Shown here piece after piece: positions 1 to 25,298 of a stretch of 46,010 bases of DNA. Below the pieces are notes generated by a model that was given only the letters and a program-made list of their open reading frames with translations, made no database searches and was not told the origin of the DNA. Made by a program: the position numbers and the translations under genes. Each line of letters starts with the position of its first letter. Position 1 is the stretch's first letter. This DNA comes from Octopus bimaculoides (Eukaryota): the NCBI RefSeq assembly GCF_001194135.2, contig NC_068993.1:43669390-43715399 (forward strand), written 5' to 3'.

Positions 1-292
1 TCTCCCGACCTTGCTCCTTTAGACTACCATTTGTTTTTTTAGTTTACAGAATCATTGGCGGGGACATAACTTTCGCAAGCCAGGAGGAGGTCGAAACTGA
101 CATTTCAGAGTTCTTCACTTTGAAACCAAAAGAGTTTTACATTGATGGGATTAAAAAGCTTGTAAATAGATGGAAGGAAGTCATAGATAATCAGGGAAAG
201 TATATAGATGATTAAATTTCAATTAAATATAACATTTGATCACTTGCTTTCTTTATTCAAAATTCGGACAGAACTTATGGGATGACCTGATA
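1..292 (+). mobile_element. Tc1/mariner transposon remnant (transposase C-terminus plus right TIR), cut by window start
   Basis: Frameshifted translation SPDLAPLDYHLFFSLQNH...EEVETDISEFFTLKPKEFYIDGIKKLVNRWKEVIDNQGKYIDD* matches the mariner YSPDLAP(S)DYHLF motif and C-terminus; ends in cggacagaacttatgggatgacctga followed by TA. Confidence 0.9.
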
Positions 293-469
293 TTTATTTG
301 CTTATTTAAGCCCTTTGAACTCCATGGAGCAGAGGCCATCAATGATTTTTCTCCACCGTTTTTAACTCTGGGCTGTCATATCTCAGGTCTTGGATCACCA
401 TAGATGCTTCTGCAACTTTTCTTTTTCCAAGTACAGGTGTTAACCCAAATCAAACCCATTTTCACCCCT

Positions 470-620
470 TGGTAGAAGTTGTCCACAGTAGTCTGGCATC
501 TATCCTTTAACCTACCCAGTAAGGGAGGCACAAGCAGAAGCTTGTGCTCAACTGGAATGACTCTCAGAGTTATTGAGCCACACCATGATACCACACCACA
601 ACAAATACTGGATCTTGGGG
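470..620 (-). mobile_element. degenerate RTE-related 5'UTR-like block
   Basis: Reverse complement (ttgtggtgtgg...ctcaataactctgagagtcattccag...gggtaggttaaaggatagatgccagacta) resembles 5' regions of RTE/BovB/Expander elements as I recall them; no coding support. Confidence 0.3.
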
Positions 621-889
621 CAGGAAAAATATTTATTAGGTTGGTAAAAATAGATCCTGGTGATCCATAAAACAACAGCACCCAACTCAGGATCTTCTCA
701 GCCAAACCAAAACCTCAAACTAAGAATTTTTTGCCTTCTTTTACCACCACCTTTCTATAGAAGTGTCAGTAGGATATTTGTATAATGTTGCATTGTATTT
801 ATTGCTGGAACAATTATTCTTATAGCATAATTATTGGTTTGTCAGATAAATTCATTCATTTCCTTTCAATGTTATTTGAACTAACATGA

Positions 890-960
890 AAGTGTGCCAT
901 AGGGCTCCCCATGTGTGCCACCCTCGTAAGTGTGCCATAGGGTTCCCCATATGTGCCGCC
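890..960. repeat. two tandem copies of a 33-bp unit (38-bp period), possibly internal to a decayed DNA-transposon MITE
   Basis: aagtgtgccatagggctccccatgtgtgccacc at 890 and aagtgtgccatagggttccccatatgtgccgcc at 928. Confidence 0.7.
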
Positions 961-1234
961 AAAGTATTCCATTCTTCCTCTACAACTTTAATCATTTTTG
1001 AAATCTAAATTTGACCTCTTTTCAGATATTTGATAATGGAGTGCCAAGTAAGAAAAAAATTAGCATTTTCAATACCTGCTTCTCTTTGTTTTCAGTCAAG
1101 GTTTCAAAACTGCTAAAGCCACTCAAGATGGTCACAGCTGGAATGACTTTGATTTAAGGTTTGCTTGGTCGAGGCCGACCTGAAGTTAAACAATATTAAC
1201 CATTCTGATGGACAAAAAAAAAAATGAAGAGATA

Positions 1235-1636
1235 GGCGCAGGAGTGGCTGTGTGGTAAGTAGCTTGCTTACCAACCACATGGTCCCGGGTTCAGTCCCAC
1301 TGCGTGGCACCTTGGGCAAGTGTTTTCTACTATAGCCTCGGACTGACTAAAGCCTTGTGAGTGGATTTGGTAGACAGAAACTGAAAGAAGCCCGTCGTAT
1401 ATATGTATATATATATATATATGTATGTGTGTGTCTGTGTTTGTCCCCCCACCATCGCTTGACAACTGATGCTGGTGTGTTTACGTCCCCGTAACTTAGC
1501 GGTTCGTCAAAAAGAGACCGATAGAATAAGGACTAGGCTTACAAAGAATAAGTCCTGAGGTCGATTTTCTCGACTAAAGGCGGTGCTCCAGCATGGCCGC
1601 AGTCATATGACTGAAACAAGTAAAAGAGTAAAAGAG
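1235..1636 (+). mobile_element. tRNA-headed SINE, family A (full length, internal TA/TG microsatellite, gtaaaaga tail)
   Basis: Head ggcgcaggagtggctgtgtggtaag with B-box-like gggttcagtccc; close copies at 26361-26728 and 36063-36475, reverse copy at 23477-23875. Confidence 0.9.
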
Positions 1637-1783
1637 ATAAGAAAAATCCTGGCCCCAAAATGGAGTAATTCCAACTTATGTGGACAGCAATTCTGAAAGT
1701 CCATTAAGTATTATTCAGCTCAAGGAATAATATTCAGTATTATTCAGCGCAAGGATAATAAACAGAAAATGCGTACTTTCAAT

Positions 1784-2080
1784 TTATTTACATTATTTAC
1801 ATTTGACGGATATTCGTCCTCATATGGCGTAGTGGTTAAGAGCGCGGGCTACTAACCCCAAGGTTCCGAGTTCGATTCACGGCAGCGATCTGAATAATAA
1901 TAATAATAATAGTAACATCGATAGGAATGAGAACCCAGGTTCGAAATTTCCCCAAGACACCTGACGAAGGCTGGAGGGTATATCAGCCAAAACGTTGTGT
2001 TAACAACAAACAAGATGAGGACGAATATCCGTCAAATGTAAATAATGTAAATAATTCCTCATCTCTTAAATATAGAACTG
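1784..2080 (+). mobile_element. tRNA-headed non-autonomous element with Penelope-like tail, hammerhead-like motif and 40-bp inverted repeat
   Basis: A-box TGGCGTAGTGG 1825-1835, B-box GAGTTCGATTC 1868-1878, (AAT)n, hammerhead-like core 1956-2001; 1784-1823 is the reverse complement of 2015-2054; tail recurs at 38020-38149. Confidence 0.75.
1956..2001 (+). ncRNA. minimal type I hammerhead ribozyme-like motif (G12 mutated, probably inactive copy)
   Basis: GACAC-CTGACGA-A-GGCTG(gagggtatat)CAGCC-aAAACGTT-GTGTT: stem I GACAC/GTGTT, core CUGANGA, stem II GGCTG/CAGCC, palindromic AACGTT in place of stem III; GAAA is AAAA here. Confidence 0.6.
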
Positions 2081-3152
2081 TATTTCAATTTATTGCACAA
2101 AAAATATGAAAAATTATGCATACAAAACTCTCCAACACTAGAAATGAGAGGACTGGTTCTGTATGAAAATGATGACAATCTAAGCTAAGACTGAACATTA
2201 CTCCTTAAGTTTTGCAAATAAAACCAACACCCCACCCCACCCACACAAATGAACATGAGAGCAATATATCTATTCTACAGTGGTAATCTACCTACAAAGG
2301 GAAAAAACTATATTCATATAAAGTTTGGAAGAAATAACCCAGATCTAGATGGGAGAGAGTAAGAACTCTGTACTCTGAGTAATCGAAACATTTAGATTTA
2401 TCTATGTTGTATGCCATAACTGTATTCTTCTCATTGTTGGCTACTGGAGATAAGATCAGACAACTGCTGTGCTAATGATAATGATTGAGACAGAAACACG
2501 TTCACAGTTGTTCTCTCATCTCCAGACAATTAACCTGTCCTTTTCCTTAACGGTATGTCAGCTTTGGAGATTATTTGAATCTTGAAATTATCTCTCTTTC
2601 CTCATAAGGAGCTTGTCTTAATTGTCATTCAGTAATTATGATCTTCTAGAGGCAGAAATAATTTTAATAAAACAAGAATTTTTGTTGTATGGTATTTGAT
2701 ACACCTGTATTCGTCTGTTGTTCAAATACAGGTCACTGACTACTCGGAGTTATCTCCCTTAGTTTTTTTGTTTTTTTTTAAATTTAAATTATGCCAATTA
2801 CCTGTGTTGTACTTATCAGTGGCTATTGTAGTAAAATTTGACCTAGTAACTGTCTGCTCAGTGGTCCAGTAATTTAACCCTTTATCCAGCATGCCGGCCC
2901 AGTGAGCAAAGTTATGATAATAAAACGAAAGGAAACATTGTGTGCATAAAAGAGGGGGAAGGAGAGAGAGAAAGACTGAAGAATCTGAGAAGAGAACATT
3001 TTTTTGTATGAGAAATTGCAATTTTATTTATAAAAGTATAAATATGTAAGCTTCTCTTCCAAAGGAATATCTGTATATAAGCACAGTGCAAGTTTGGAAT
3101 GCTGTGTAACTGGCAACAACCAACCTATAGAAATAAAAAATATATATAATTA

Positions 3153-3731
3153 TAAATTCAAATTACGACAAACATAAATAAACAAACGAAGTTTGCTTTT
3201 AGAAAGTTAAAGAAGTGATTTTAAATTCTCAATCGCAGAATAATGCTAATAATATAGCCTGAACTGGATAAACTCCCCCTATTTTGCAGAGAAAAGTGTA
3301 GGTGTCCACAGCTAGCCACCTACACTTTTCTCTGCAAAATTCGGGTAGTTTATCCTGTTCAGGCTATATTATTAGCATTATTCTGCGATTGAGAATTTTA
3401 AAATCACTTCTTTAACTTTCTAAAAGACATCTCAACGCTTCTAAAAGCAAACTTCGTTTGTTTATTTACGTTTGTCGTAATTTGAATTTAACATATGAGA
3501 GCGTCTCATTAAGCGAGATTTATATATCTGAATTTGCAAAAGAATTTGTAGTGGGTAGTTTAGCTTAATCGGTCAAAGCATCGTGACATGTAATGACGGG
3601 GATGTGAGTTCGTGTCCACAGCTAGTCACCTACACTTTTCTCTGCAAAATAGGGGTAGTTTATCCTGTTCAGGCTATATTATTAGCATTATTCTGCGATT
3701 GAGAATTTAAAATCACTTCTTTAACTTTCTA
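3153..3731 (+). mobile_element. foldback plus tandem rearranged tRNA-headed SINE-like element
   Basis: 3153-3304 is the reverse complement of 3317-3490 (12-nt loop, one ~20-nt indel); 3302-3422 is directly repeated at 3612-3731; A-box TAGCTTAATCGG at 3561-3572 and B-box-like gagttcgtgtcc near 3606-3617. Confidence 0.8.
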
Positions 3732-3768
3732 ATATATAATCATAATTATTCACACAATTATTCTCATC

Positions 3769-4171
3769 TTAACCCTTTGGCATTCAAATTATTCTGTCAA
3801 ATGTAATGCTTATTTATTCACATTGCTTTCATAGCTTTCAGATTTTGATGATGTCATCATCATCATTTAACGTCCATTGTCCATGCTGGCATGGGTTGGA
3901 CAATTTGACCAGAGCTGGCAAGCTGCACTGGACTCTGGTCTGATGTGGCATGGTTTCTACAGATGGATGCCCTTCCTAACGTCAACCACTCCAAGAGTGT
4001 AATGGGTGCTTTTCACATGCCACTGACACGGGTGGCAGTTATGCAATGCCAGCATTGGCCACGACTACAATTTCGCTTGGCTTGGCAGGTAGACCAAACT
4101 CAGCCAGTTTGAACATAGAACAGGTAGAATATTTGGGCCAGATATGGCCAGTTTAAATACTAAAAGGTTAA
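3769..4171. mobile_element. piggyBac-like MITE (TTAA-flanked) interrupted by an RTE-tail insertion
   Basis: TTAA-ccctttggcatt ... aatactaaaagg-TTAA termini; related copy in opposite orientation at 12728-12948. Confidence 0.55.
3855..4088 (-). mobile_element. 5'-truncated RTE LINE/SINE 3' tail
   Basis: (cat)n-ttaacgtcc...ccatgctggcatgggttggac...ggatgcccttcctaacgtcaaccactcc is the reverse complement of the tail at 41940-42105. Confidence 0.85.
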
Positions 4172-4220
4172 GAATGTATATTTTCAACAAATGTACCTTA
4201 TATTTTGATCAGTTTCATCT

Positions 4221-4430
4221 TATCATCATCATTGTTTTAATATCTACTTTTCCATGTTTGCACTAATCAGATGGAATTCATTGAAGCAGATTTTCTAGTC
4301 AGATGCTCTTGCTGTGACCAACCCTAACCTGTTTTCAAGCAAGGCAATATTTTTCCTATGACTGGACATGTTTCCATGGAAGATTAGAAACAAATGACAC
4401 CTCCTGTATGGACAGTGATACCCAGTGATG
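4221..4430 (-). mobile_element. degenerate SINE/LINE tail (second tail type)
   Basis: catcatcat...ttttccatg...gatggaattcattgaagcagattttcta shared with 7197-7380. Confidence 0.6.
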
Positions 4431-4450
4431 CCAACAGAATGAAGCACCAA

Positions 4451-4456
4451 TTTATT
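4451..4456 (-). promoter_or_regulatory. candidate polyadenylation signal of the GM2A-like gene
   Basis: AATAAA on the minus strand about 80 nt past the stop codon. Confidence 0.4.
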
Positions 4457-4536
4457 GGTGGGGGCAGTGCAGTATGGGTGCATTCATACAAGCATACATT
4501 TCAACAAAATAAAAAGAGGAAAGTCCTTGGAATTAC

Positions 4537-18766
<14,230 letters not shown>

Positions 18767-18894
18767 GGTATTTGTCTTCTGCTATGAAAAATATTAGAGA
18801 TCAACAAACAAAGCCTATTTGTGACAATAGTGTGCTGTTACTGAAAGAGCAGATGTCTAAGCAGTTATACCTCCCTGTCAAAGTGAGAGGCTCG

Positions 18895-18902
18895 TATTTA
18901 TA
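18895..18902 (-). promoter_or_regulatory. TATA box of the GM2A-like gene
   Basis: TATAAATA on the minus strand about 130 nt upstream of the ATG. Confidence 0.6.
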
Positions 18903-19829
18903 ACAAACTATTTGTTCCGGCTGTTATGATGTTACTCCCTCTTTTCTGTTTTATCTACGCATTCACCTATGTGTGTATCGTAATCGTATGTGTGTGTGTG
19001 AATGTACTATGTAACATGTGGGGGTATCTGTACATACACGGTGTGTGTGTGTGTATTTGAGTAAAGTACATTATATCTACCCCACAATCGTATTATAAAT
19101 TTTTATATCTATGTGTGTGTGTGTACATACATACATACACGTGATATATATATGTGTATAGATATATATATGCGTTTGTGTGTTCCTATATAGTGAATAC
19201 GAACGCACTACCCCTACTCACTTTAATCAAATCTGTGTCGCATGACAGAAAATTCATATGATCAAAAATCTACAATTTGTGTATTTGTGCTGTATTTAGA
19301 TGAAAGTTGAATTGGAGGGCGGCGTGCGAGATAGGGGCGCTTACAACTGTAGATATTGATCGTACAAGTGTTCAAAAGTGATTGATTGGTTGGTTGCGTG
19401 TTTGTATCTAAGTACTGTATGTTCGATTTATACTACGACGAAGAATTGGCTCTGGCTGCTGAATTTTTTTTTTTTTTTTTTTTTTTTNNNNNNNNNNNNN
19501 NNNNNNNNNNNNNNNNNNNNNNNNNNNNNNNNNNNNNNNNNNNNNNNNNNNNNNNNNNNNNNNNNNNNNNNNNNNNNNNNNNNNNNNNNGTGTGTTGTTA
19601 ACGCTCACTTTGGTATCGAAACTGGCAGAATTTCGGAATATATATCATCAACCACATGGGGAGGAGTCCCTGACAGAGGAGCCTCCTATGCGGCTTCTGC
19701 CTCGAGCCCAAGGAAAATTTTACTGGCTCCAGAATGGATGGGGATGGATGTTTACAATGAATAAAGCTAATTTAATTATTGCTTATCTAAAAATTATTTT
19801 TGCTTTGTGATTAAGAAACTAGTTTTACA

Positions 19830-19952
19830 GCCTCTTGATTTCGGGATCAGTTTCCACTATCCGATACCATAGCCAAGTATTTTCTACTATAGCCTTGGGT
19901 CGATCAATACCCTGTGAGTGAATTTGACAGTTGGAAACTGTGTAGAAGCCAG

Positions 19953-19992
<40 letters not shown>

Positions 19993-20470
19993 TTTATCTT
20001 GTACCTGCTTCTGTTATAAGACTGCGACCCCAGTACTTATTTTTCAAATTTGGCACTTATTCTATTAGCCTTTTGCCAAGCAGCTAACTTAAGGGAATGT
20101 AAATAAACCAACAACAGTAGTCGAACGGTTGGGCGTCCAAACATAGACATACACATACACAAACACACACATACACATACAAACGTGACAGGCTTCTACA
20201 TGGCCTCCATCCACCAAATTCACTCACGAAACATTTAGTCGACCTGGGGTCATAATAGAAGACTCTATATATATCTTTCACTGCTTGACAACCGGTGTTG
20301 GTGTGTTTATGTTCTCATAACTTAGCAATTCCACAAAAGAGACCAATAGAATAAGTACTAGGCTTAAAACAAAAATAAGTCTTGGGGTTGATTTGTTTGA
20401 TTAAAAACCCTTCGAGGCAGTACTTCAGCATGGCCACAGTTAAATGACTGATACAAGTAAAAGGATGAAA
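19830..20470. mobile_element. nested family A SINEs: minus-strand copy (about 19991-20262) inside the TA tract of a plus-strand copy
   Basis: Plus head end 19830-19955, (TA)n, reverse tail-to-head copy, tatatatatat, plus tail 20277-20470. Confidence 0.65.
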
Positions 20471-20877
20471 GAAAATAAACAAATTTTTACTTCACTTCAA
20501 GTTCCTAAACTAACAACAGTTGTAGCAATTTGATAATACCTCATATTGTTCCAATGTATTTCTGTAAAATGTTTTCTCAAAAATGCTAAGCTTCACAATC
20601 TTTGATGACTTTATGATGATCTCTCAGAGTAATCTCTCACAATGACCTCACATACCTAACATTGTCAAAATTACATCCCCACAAAAACTAGGATTCTTTT
20701 TCAGAGCCAGAATCTATTTCAGTTCTTACCAGATAATGACCATCTACTAAACTCACATAAAACCCACATTACACTACTGTTCACATATCTGACAGTACAC
20801 ACACACACACACACCACCTTTGACCACATTACAGATACATATACACACTTGTATATGAGAGAGCACTACTAATATTG

Positions 20878-21300
20878 CATCATCAGCATTATCATTTAAC
20901 ATCCATGATCCATACTGGCATAGGTTGAAGAGTTTGACAGGATCCAATGAGTTGGCAGATTGGAGATGAAGGATTAAAGCATGAGAGAGAAGGGACCAGA
21001 GCAATCCAGCTTTCTTGCTGTGGAGGAGCTACATGGCTACTCACATTATAAAAGAGAGGATATACATGATTGGGATAGAGCTAAGAAGAAATAAAACGTT
21101 GGTGATGATGTGTGTGTGTGAACTCTCGAGTTAAGAGGTGAGTAGAAATGAGTGGAGAGGCAGAAGAACTAGTAGTGTGGATAGGTAGGAGTTGTAAGAG
21201 TAAGAGATGGGGAATGGTTGAGGAGTGAATATAAAGAAGGAAGAACAAGTATTGAGTGATGAGAAGATAGGGAAGAGTAGGTGACAACTGTAATTACTGG
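20878..21300 (-). mobile_element. RTE 3'UTR and tail of the same subfamily as 8478-9540
   Basis: Shared tacatggctac.cacattata motif (8832 vs 21030), purine-rich plus strand, cat-repeat tail. Confidence 0.55.
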
Positions 21301-21399
21301 ATATGGTACACTTTTACAACAATCTTAAAATGACGTTACAATATTGCTCTTATACCTGAGACACAAACACCCTACAGCCACATTAGAGTGCTGTTCATA

Positions 21400-21630
21400 T
21401 ATGAGGGTGTGCCAAAAAATTCCTGGCTTTTGGTAAAAGAAAATACAGGAAGATCAGTTAACTATGATTTTATTTAATATATTCCCCTCTCAGATTCACA
21501 CGCTTATTGCAGCAAACTTCAGTTTTTCTAAGCCCTGTAAAAGAACTCAGAAGGTTGCTCCTCCAACCAGGTCTTTCACAATACCCTTAAAGCCAAGAAT
21601 CTTTCAACATCCGCTCATATCTGAGATTGC
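21400..21630 (-). mobile_element. mariner remnant (TIR plus transposase C-terminus)
   Basis: TA-tgagggtgtgccaaaaaattcctggct TIR-like end; minus strand reads WLEEQPSEFF...GEYIK* with frameshifts. Confidence 0.7.
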
Positions 21631-22230
21631 CTCTATTGACCTACAAGAAAAAAAAAAGAACAGCTTAACCTCCCTCAAATCATATTCTACAGTGTTAAAA
21701 AGAAAAGGAGACAAATGTGCCGAAGAAAAAGTAACCTTAAATACACTCTAACTGAAAATGATCAAAAAAAAGACATGATTGCCATGGTTGGAACAACTGA
21801 CAATATTTCTTTTCAATCACATGTTGGTCATAGCTGGAATGTCTTTGAGCATAAACCTATTCAGTCAAGACTAACTTGGAGCTAAACAAAATAAAATAAT
21901 TGTAGCCAGAATAACTTTGATCATGCATTTGTTTGGACAAAGTTAACCTGGGGAAAATTAAGACAGCTGGAAGGTCTTTGATCACAGGTCTTCCATGCTG
22001 TAATTGTTTTGGTTTCTGCACACAGTCTCAGAGTGAAGCAGTTGCCTGACAAGTAGACCACCTAAATGAACGCTCAGATATTGTTTTGATCCTATGATGC
22101 AAAAATGATTCTTACATACATACATACATGCATGTAAGATTGCAGATATGCATGGATGTACATAAGTATGCATGTATGGAAGTATGCATTCATGAAAATA
22201 CGTATGTATGGGTGTATGTATGTATCTATA

Positions 22231-22620
22231 GAGGGTTCCAGTTGATCCAATCAACGGAACAGCCTGTGGAGGCGCAGTGGCCCAGTGGTTAGGGCAGCGG
22301 ACTCGCGGTCATAGGATTGTGGTTTCGATTCCCAGACCGGGCGTTGTGAGTGTTTATTGAGCGAAAACACCTAAAGCTCCACGAGGCTCTGGCAGACAAT
22401 GGCGGCAAACCCTGCTGTAATCTTCCACCATAACGTTCTCTCACTCTTACTTCCTGTTTCTGTTGTGCCTGTAATTCAAAGAGTTAGGCTTGTCACGCTG
22501 AATATCCCCTAGAACTACGTTAAGGGTACACGTGTCTGTGGAGTGCTCAGCCACTTGCACGTTAATTTCATGAGCAGGCTTTTCCGTTGATCGGATCAAC
22601 TGGAACCCTCGACGGAGTAC
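22231..22620 (+). mobile_element. family B SINE flanked by a 36-bp inverted copy of its own tail
   Basis: 22231-22266 vs 22575-22610 are reverse complements (34/36); tRNA-like head from 22271. Confidence 0.85.
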
Positions 22621-23476
22621 CAACAAATGTATCTATCTAAGTTTCTATGTATGTACAGTAACATAGCAAGAGTGTATGCCACTCATAGCAACTCTTGAGT
22701 TTACTGCCACCCAACCATCTCAGCAACACAGGCTACATAGATTTATACAGCATACCCAAATGCCACCCTATAAACACGTCACCAGAGTCTGACCGCCATC
22801 ATCTCCAGCTACTCCATTGTTATGCATGCATGAGTGCATGTATGTGTGTGCGTAGAAATACAGGATAAGGATTTGTTGAAAATGCATTTGTGCATGTGTT
22901 AAAAATTATTCACATGCAAAAGCATGCGTGTATTCCAGTATGTATATGTGTGTGTGTGTTCATATGTATTTTTTTAGTGTAAGTGTGCACAAATGATGTA
23001 TTAATCATGTTTTTTTTTTATCTCTGCTCTCTTGGCCAGTAGAAAGTCTAATAACGATAATAACATTATCTTGTGTATATATGTGCAAACATACACATAC
23101 ATGTGAGTGTATATACAAACTTACATGCATACATACATACATACAGGCAGACATACATATATACTTGCATACAAAAGTACACACATAAATACATAATTAT
23201 TACATACAAATATACATACATACAAACATATCTACATAAATACCACATACAAATATACATATACACATTTATAGAAACACCATGCATACAAACAAACAAA
23301 CATACCTTTATCAGTAAAGCTACGTAAGTGACTTAATCTCAAACTTTCGTGCATTGTACTTATTAAACTTAGATAAATAATAACTTTTGAAGTCTGATAA
23401 GAGTAACTCATGAAACTTTTGTTCCAAGAGTCGTTCATATATTAAGGTTTACAGCTTAATATAAAAAAAGGATAAC

Positions 23477-23875
23477 TTTTATCTTTTACTTGTTTCAGTC
23501 ATTAGACTGTGACCATGCTGGGGCACAGCCTTGAAGAATTTTAGCTGAATGAATTGATCCCAGTACTTTTTTTTAAAAGCCTGGTACTTATTCTATCGAT
23601 CGCTTTTGCTGAATCTCTAAGTTATGGAGACATAAGAACACCAACACTGGTTTTAAAGCAAACACAGACATAAAGACACAAACACATAGATATATACATA
23701 AATACATACACACACATATATGGGCTTCTTTCAGTTTCCATCAACCAAATCCACTCACAAGGCTTTGGTTAGCCCAAGGTTATAGTACAAGAAACTTACT
23801 CAGGTTGCCATGCAGTGGAACTGAACCCGGAACCATGTGGTTAGGAAGCAAGTTTCTTAACGCACAGCCATGCCT
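23477..23875 (-). mobile_element. family A SINE (degenerate, full length)
   Basis: Reverse complement of 1235-1636. Confidence 0.85.
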
Positions 23876-23989
23876 GAATATCAGTTTCCATTTCTCCTGT
23901 CTATACCACCAAGACTATAATATATATACTCGTATATATACATTTATTTATATTATTATCATATATATATACATATATATACTATTTGT

Positions 23990-23997
23990 ATGATATA

Positions 23998-24053
<56 letters not shown>

Positions 24054-24069
24054 GAGAGAGAGAGAGAGA
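23990..24069. repeat. (TA)n followed by (GA)n microsatellite
   Basis: Directly visible. Confidence 0.9.
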
Positions 24070-24139
24070 TTCAGATGAATATGGTACTTAAGTTGAGGCA
24101 CCAGAATTTATCCATACAATTTCAAAATAAGGTGATTAA

Positions 24140-24525
24140 AATCAAAATAAGCAACAAGGATATCCAGAGGTAATGCAGTATGATCGTTTCAAGCAACTCC
24201 ATTTAATTGAACAATGCAATCATTACATCAATTTAAATGCAGAGCATAAAGACAGAATGTAATTAAATTAAAACAGAAGCTTCTAAGCTGAAGTGAAGAC
24301 AGCATGTTTTTTATCTATCTCCTTAAGTTCTTGGAGATTTTTTAGATAAAATTATACTTATGTGTCCATCTGTTTTAATTTAATTAAATTCTATGTTTTT
24401 ATGCAGCTGAGGATTGCTCTGCATTTAAATTGATGTAATTAATGATTGCACTGTTCAATTAAATGGAGTTGCTTGAAACAATTGTACTGCATTACCTCTG
24501 GATATCCTTGTTGATTATTTTGATT
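24140..24525. mobile_element. foldback MITE with long imperfect terminal inverted repeats
   Basis: aatcaaaataagcaacaaggatatccagaggtaatgcagta...aatgcagagca is the reverse complement of tgctctgcattt...tactgcattacctctggatatccttgttgattattttgatt; arms over 100 bp. Confidence 0.85.
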
Positions 24526-25036
24526 ATATATATATATATATTATTTATATTATGTACATATATATATTGATGATGATATATATAAATATATATATATATA
24601 TATTATTTTTTAAACTTTTAAATTTTCATATTCAAAAGAGACAGAGACTTCAAATNNNNNNNNNNNNNNNNNNNNNNNNNNNNNNNNNNNNNNNNNNNNN
24701 NNNNNNNNNNNNNNNNNNNNNNNNNNNNNNNNNNNNNNNNNNNNNNNNNNNNNNNAAGTATTAGGAGTTCAATAAAAATCATGTTTGTTTGGTAGTATAC
24801 ATATACACAGAAAGAGATATATTTAAGAATTTACAAAAAACTGGAGAGGAAACCTGTCTTTTTAACATGTTTTCTCTCTTGTGTGTAGCTAGGGAATGTT
24901 TGCTATTTCAAGGGACAGTGTAGGGAAGCTGGTGGAGGAAGGAAGGGCAATGTAGAATTAAAAGGATTTTTTTTGTTTCTGGGTTAGTCTGTCATGGTTC
25001 AGTGGTTTTGGGGACTGGTCTTAGAGGTCAGAATGG

Positions 25037-25086
25037 TGTGTGTGTATGTGTCTCTGTGCACATCTCTATGTGTGTGTGTATATACA

Positions 25087-25120
<34 letters not shown>

Positions 25121-25241
25121 ATTAATATTTGTTGGGGTGTTGTGTGTGCGCATGTGTGTGTGTGTGTATGTTTGCGTCTGTGTATGTGTGCGTCTGTGGG
25201 TGTGTATGTATCTGTTTGTGCGTTTTGTTTTAGGTGGGATG

Positions 25242-25298
<57 letters not shown>

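Noticed and set aside
376-705. 109-aa minus-strand ORF
   Set aside because: Overlaps degenerate repeat sequence and has no protein-family features
1709-1760. ~30-bp imperfect tandem duplication next to the hammerhead element
   Set aside because: Short and AT-rich; cannot be tied to the insertion as a target-site duplication
1825-1885. tRNA genes here and at 3553, 14875 and 22271
   Set aside because: A and B boxes are present but there is no complete cloverleaf with acceptor stem; each continues into repeat body, so they are SINE heads
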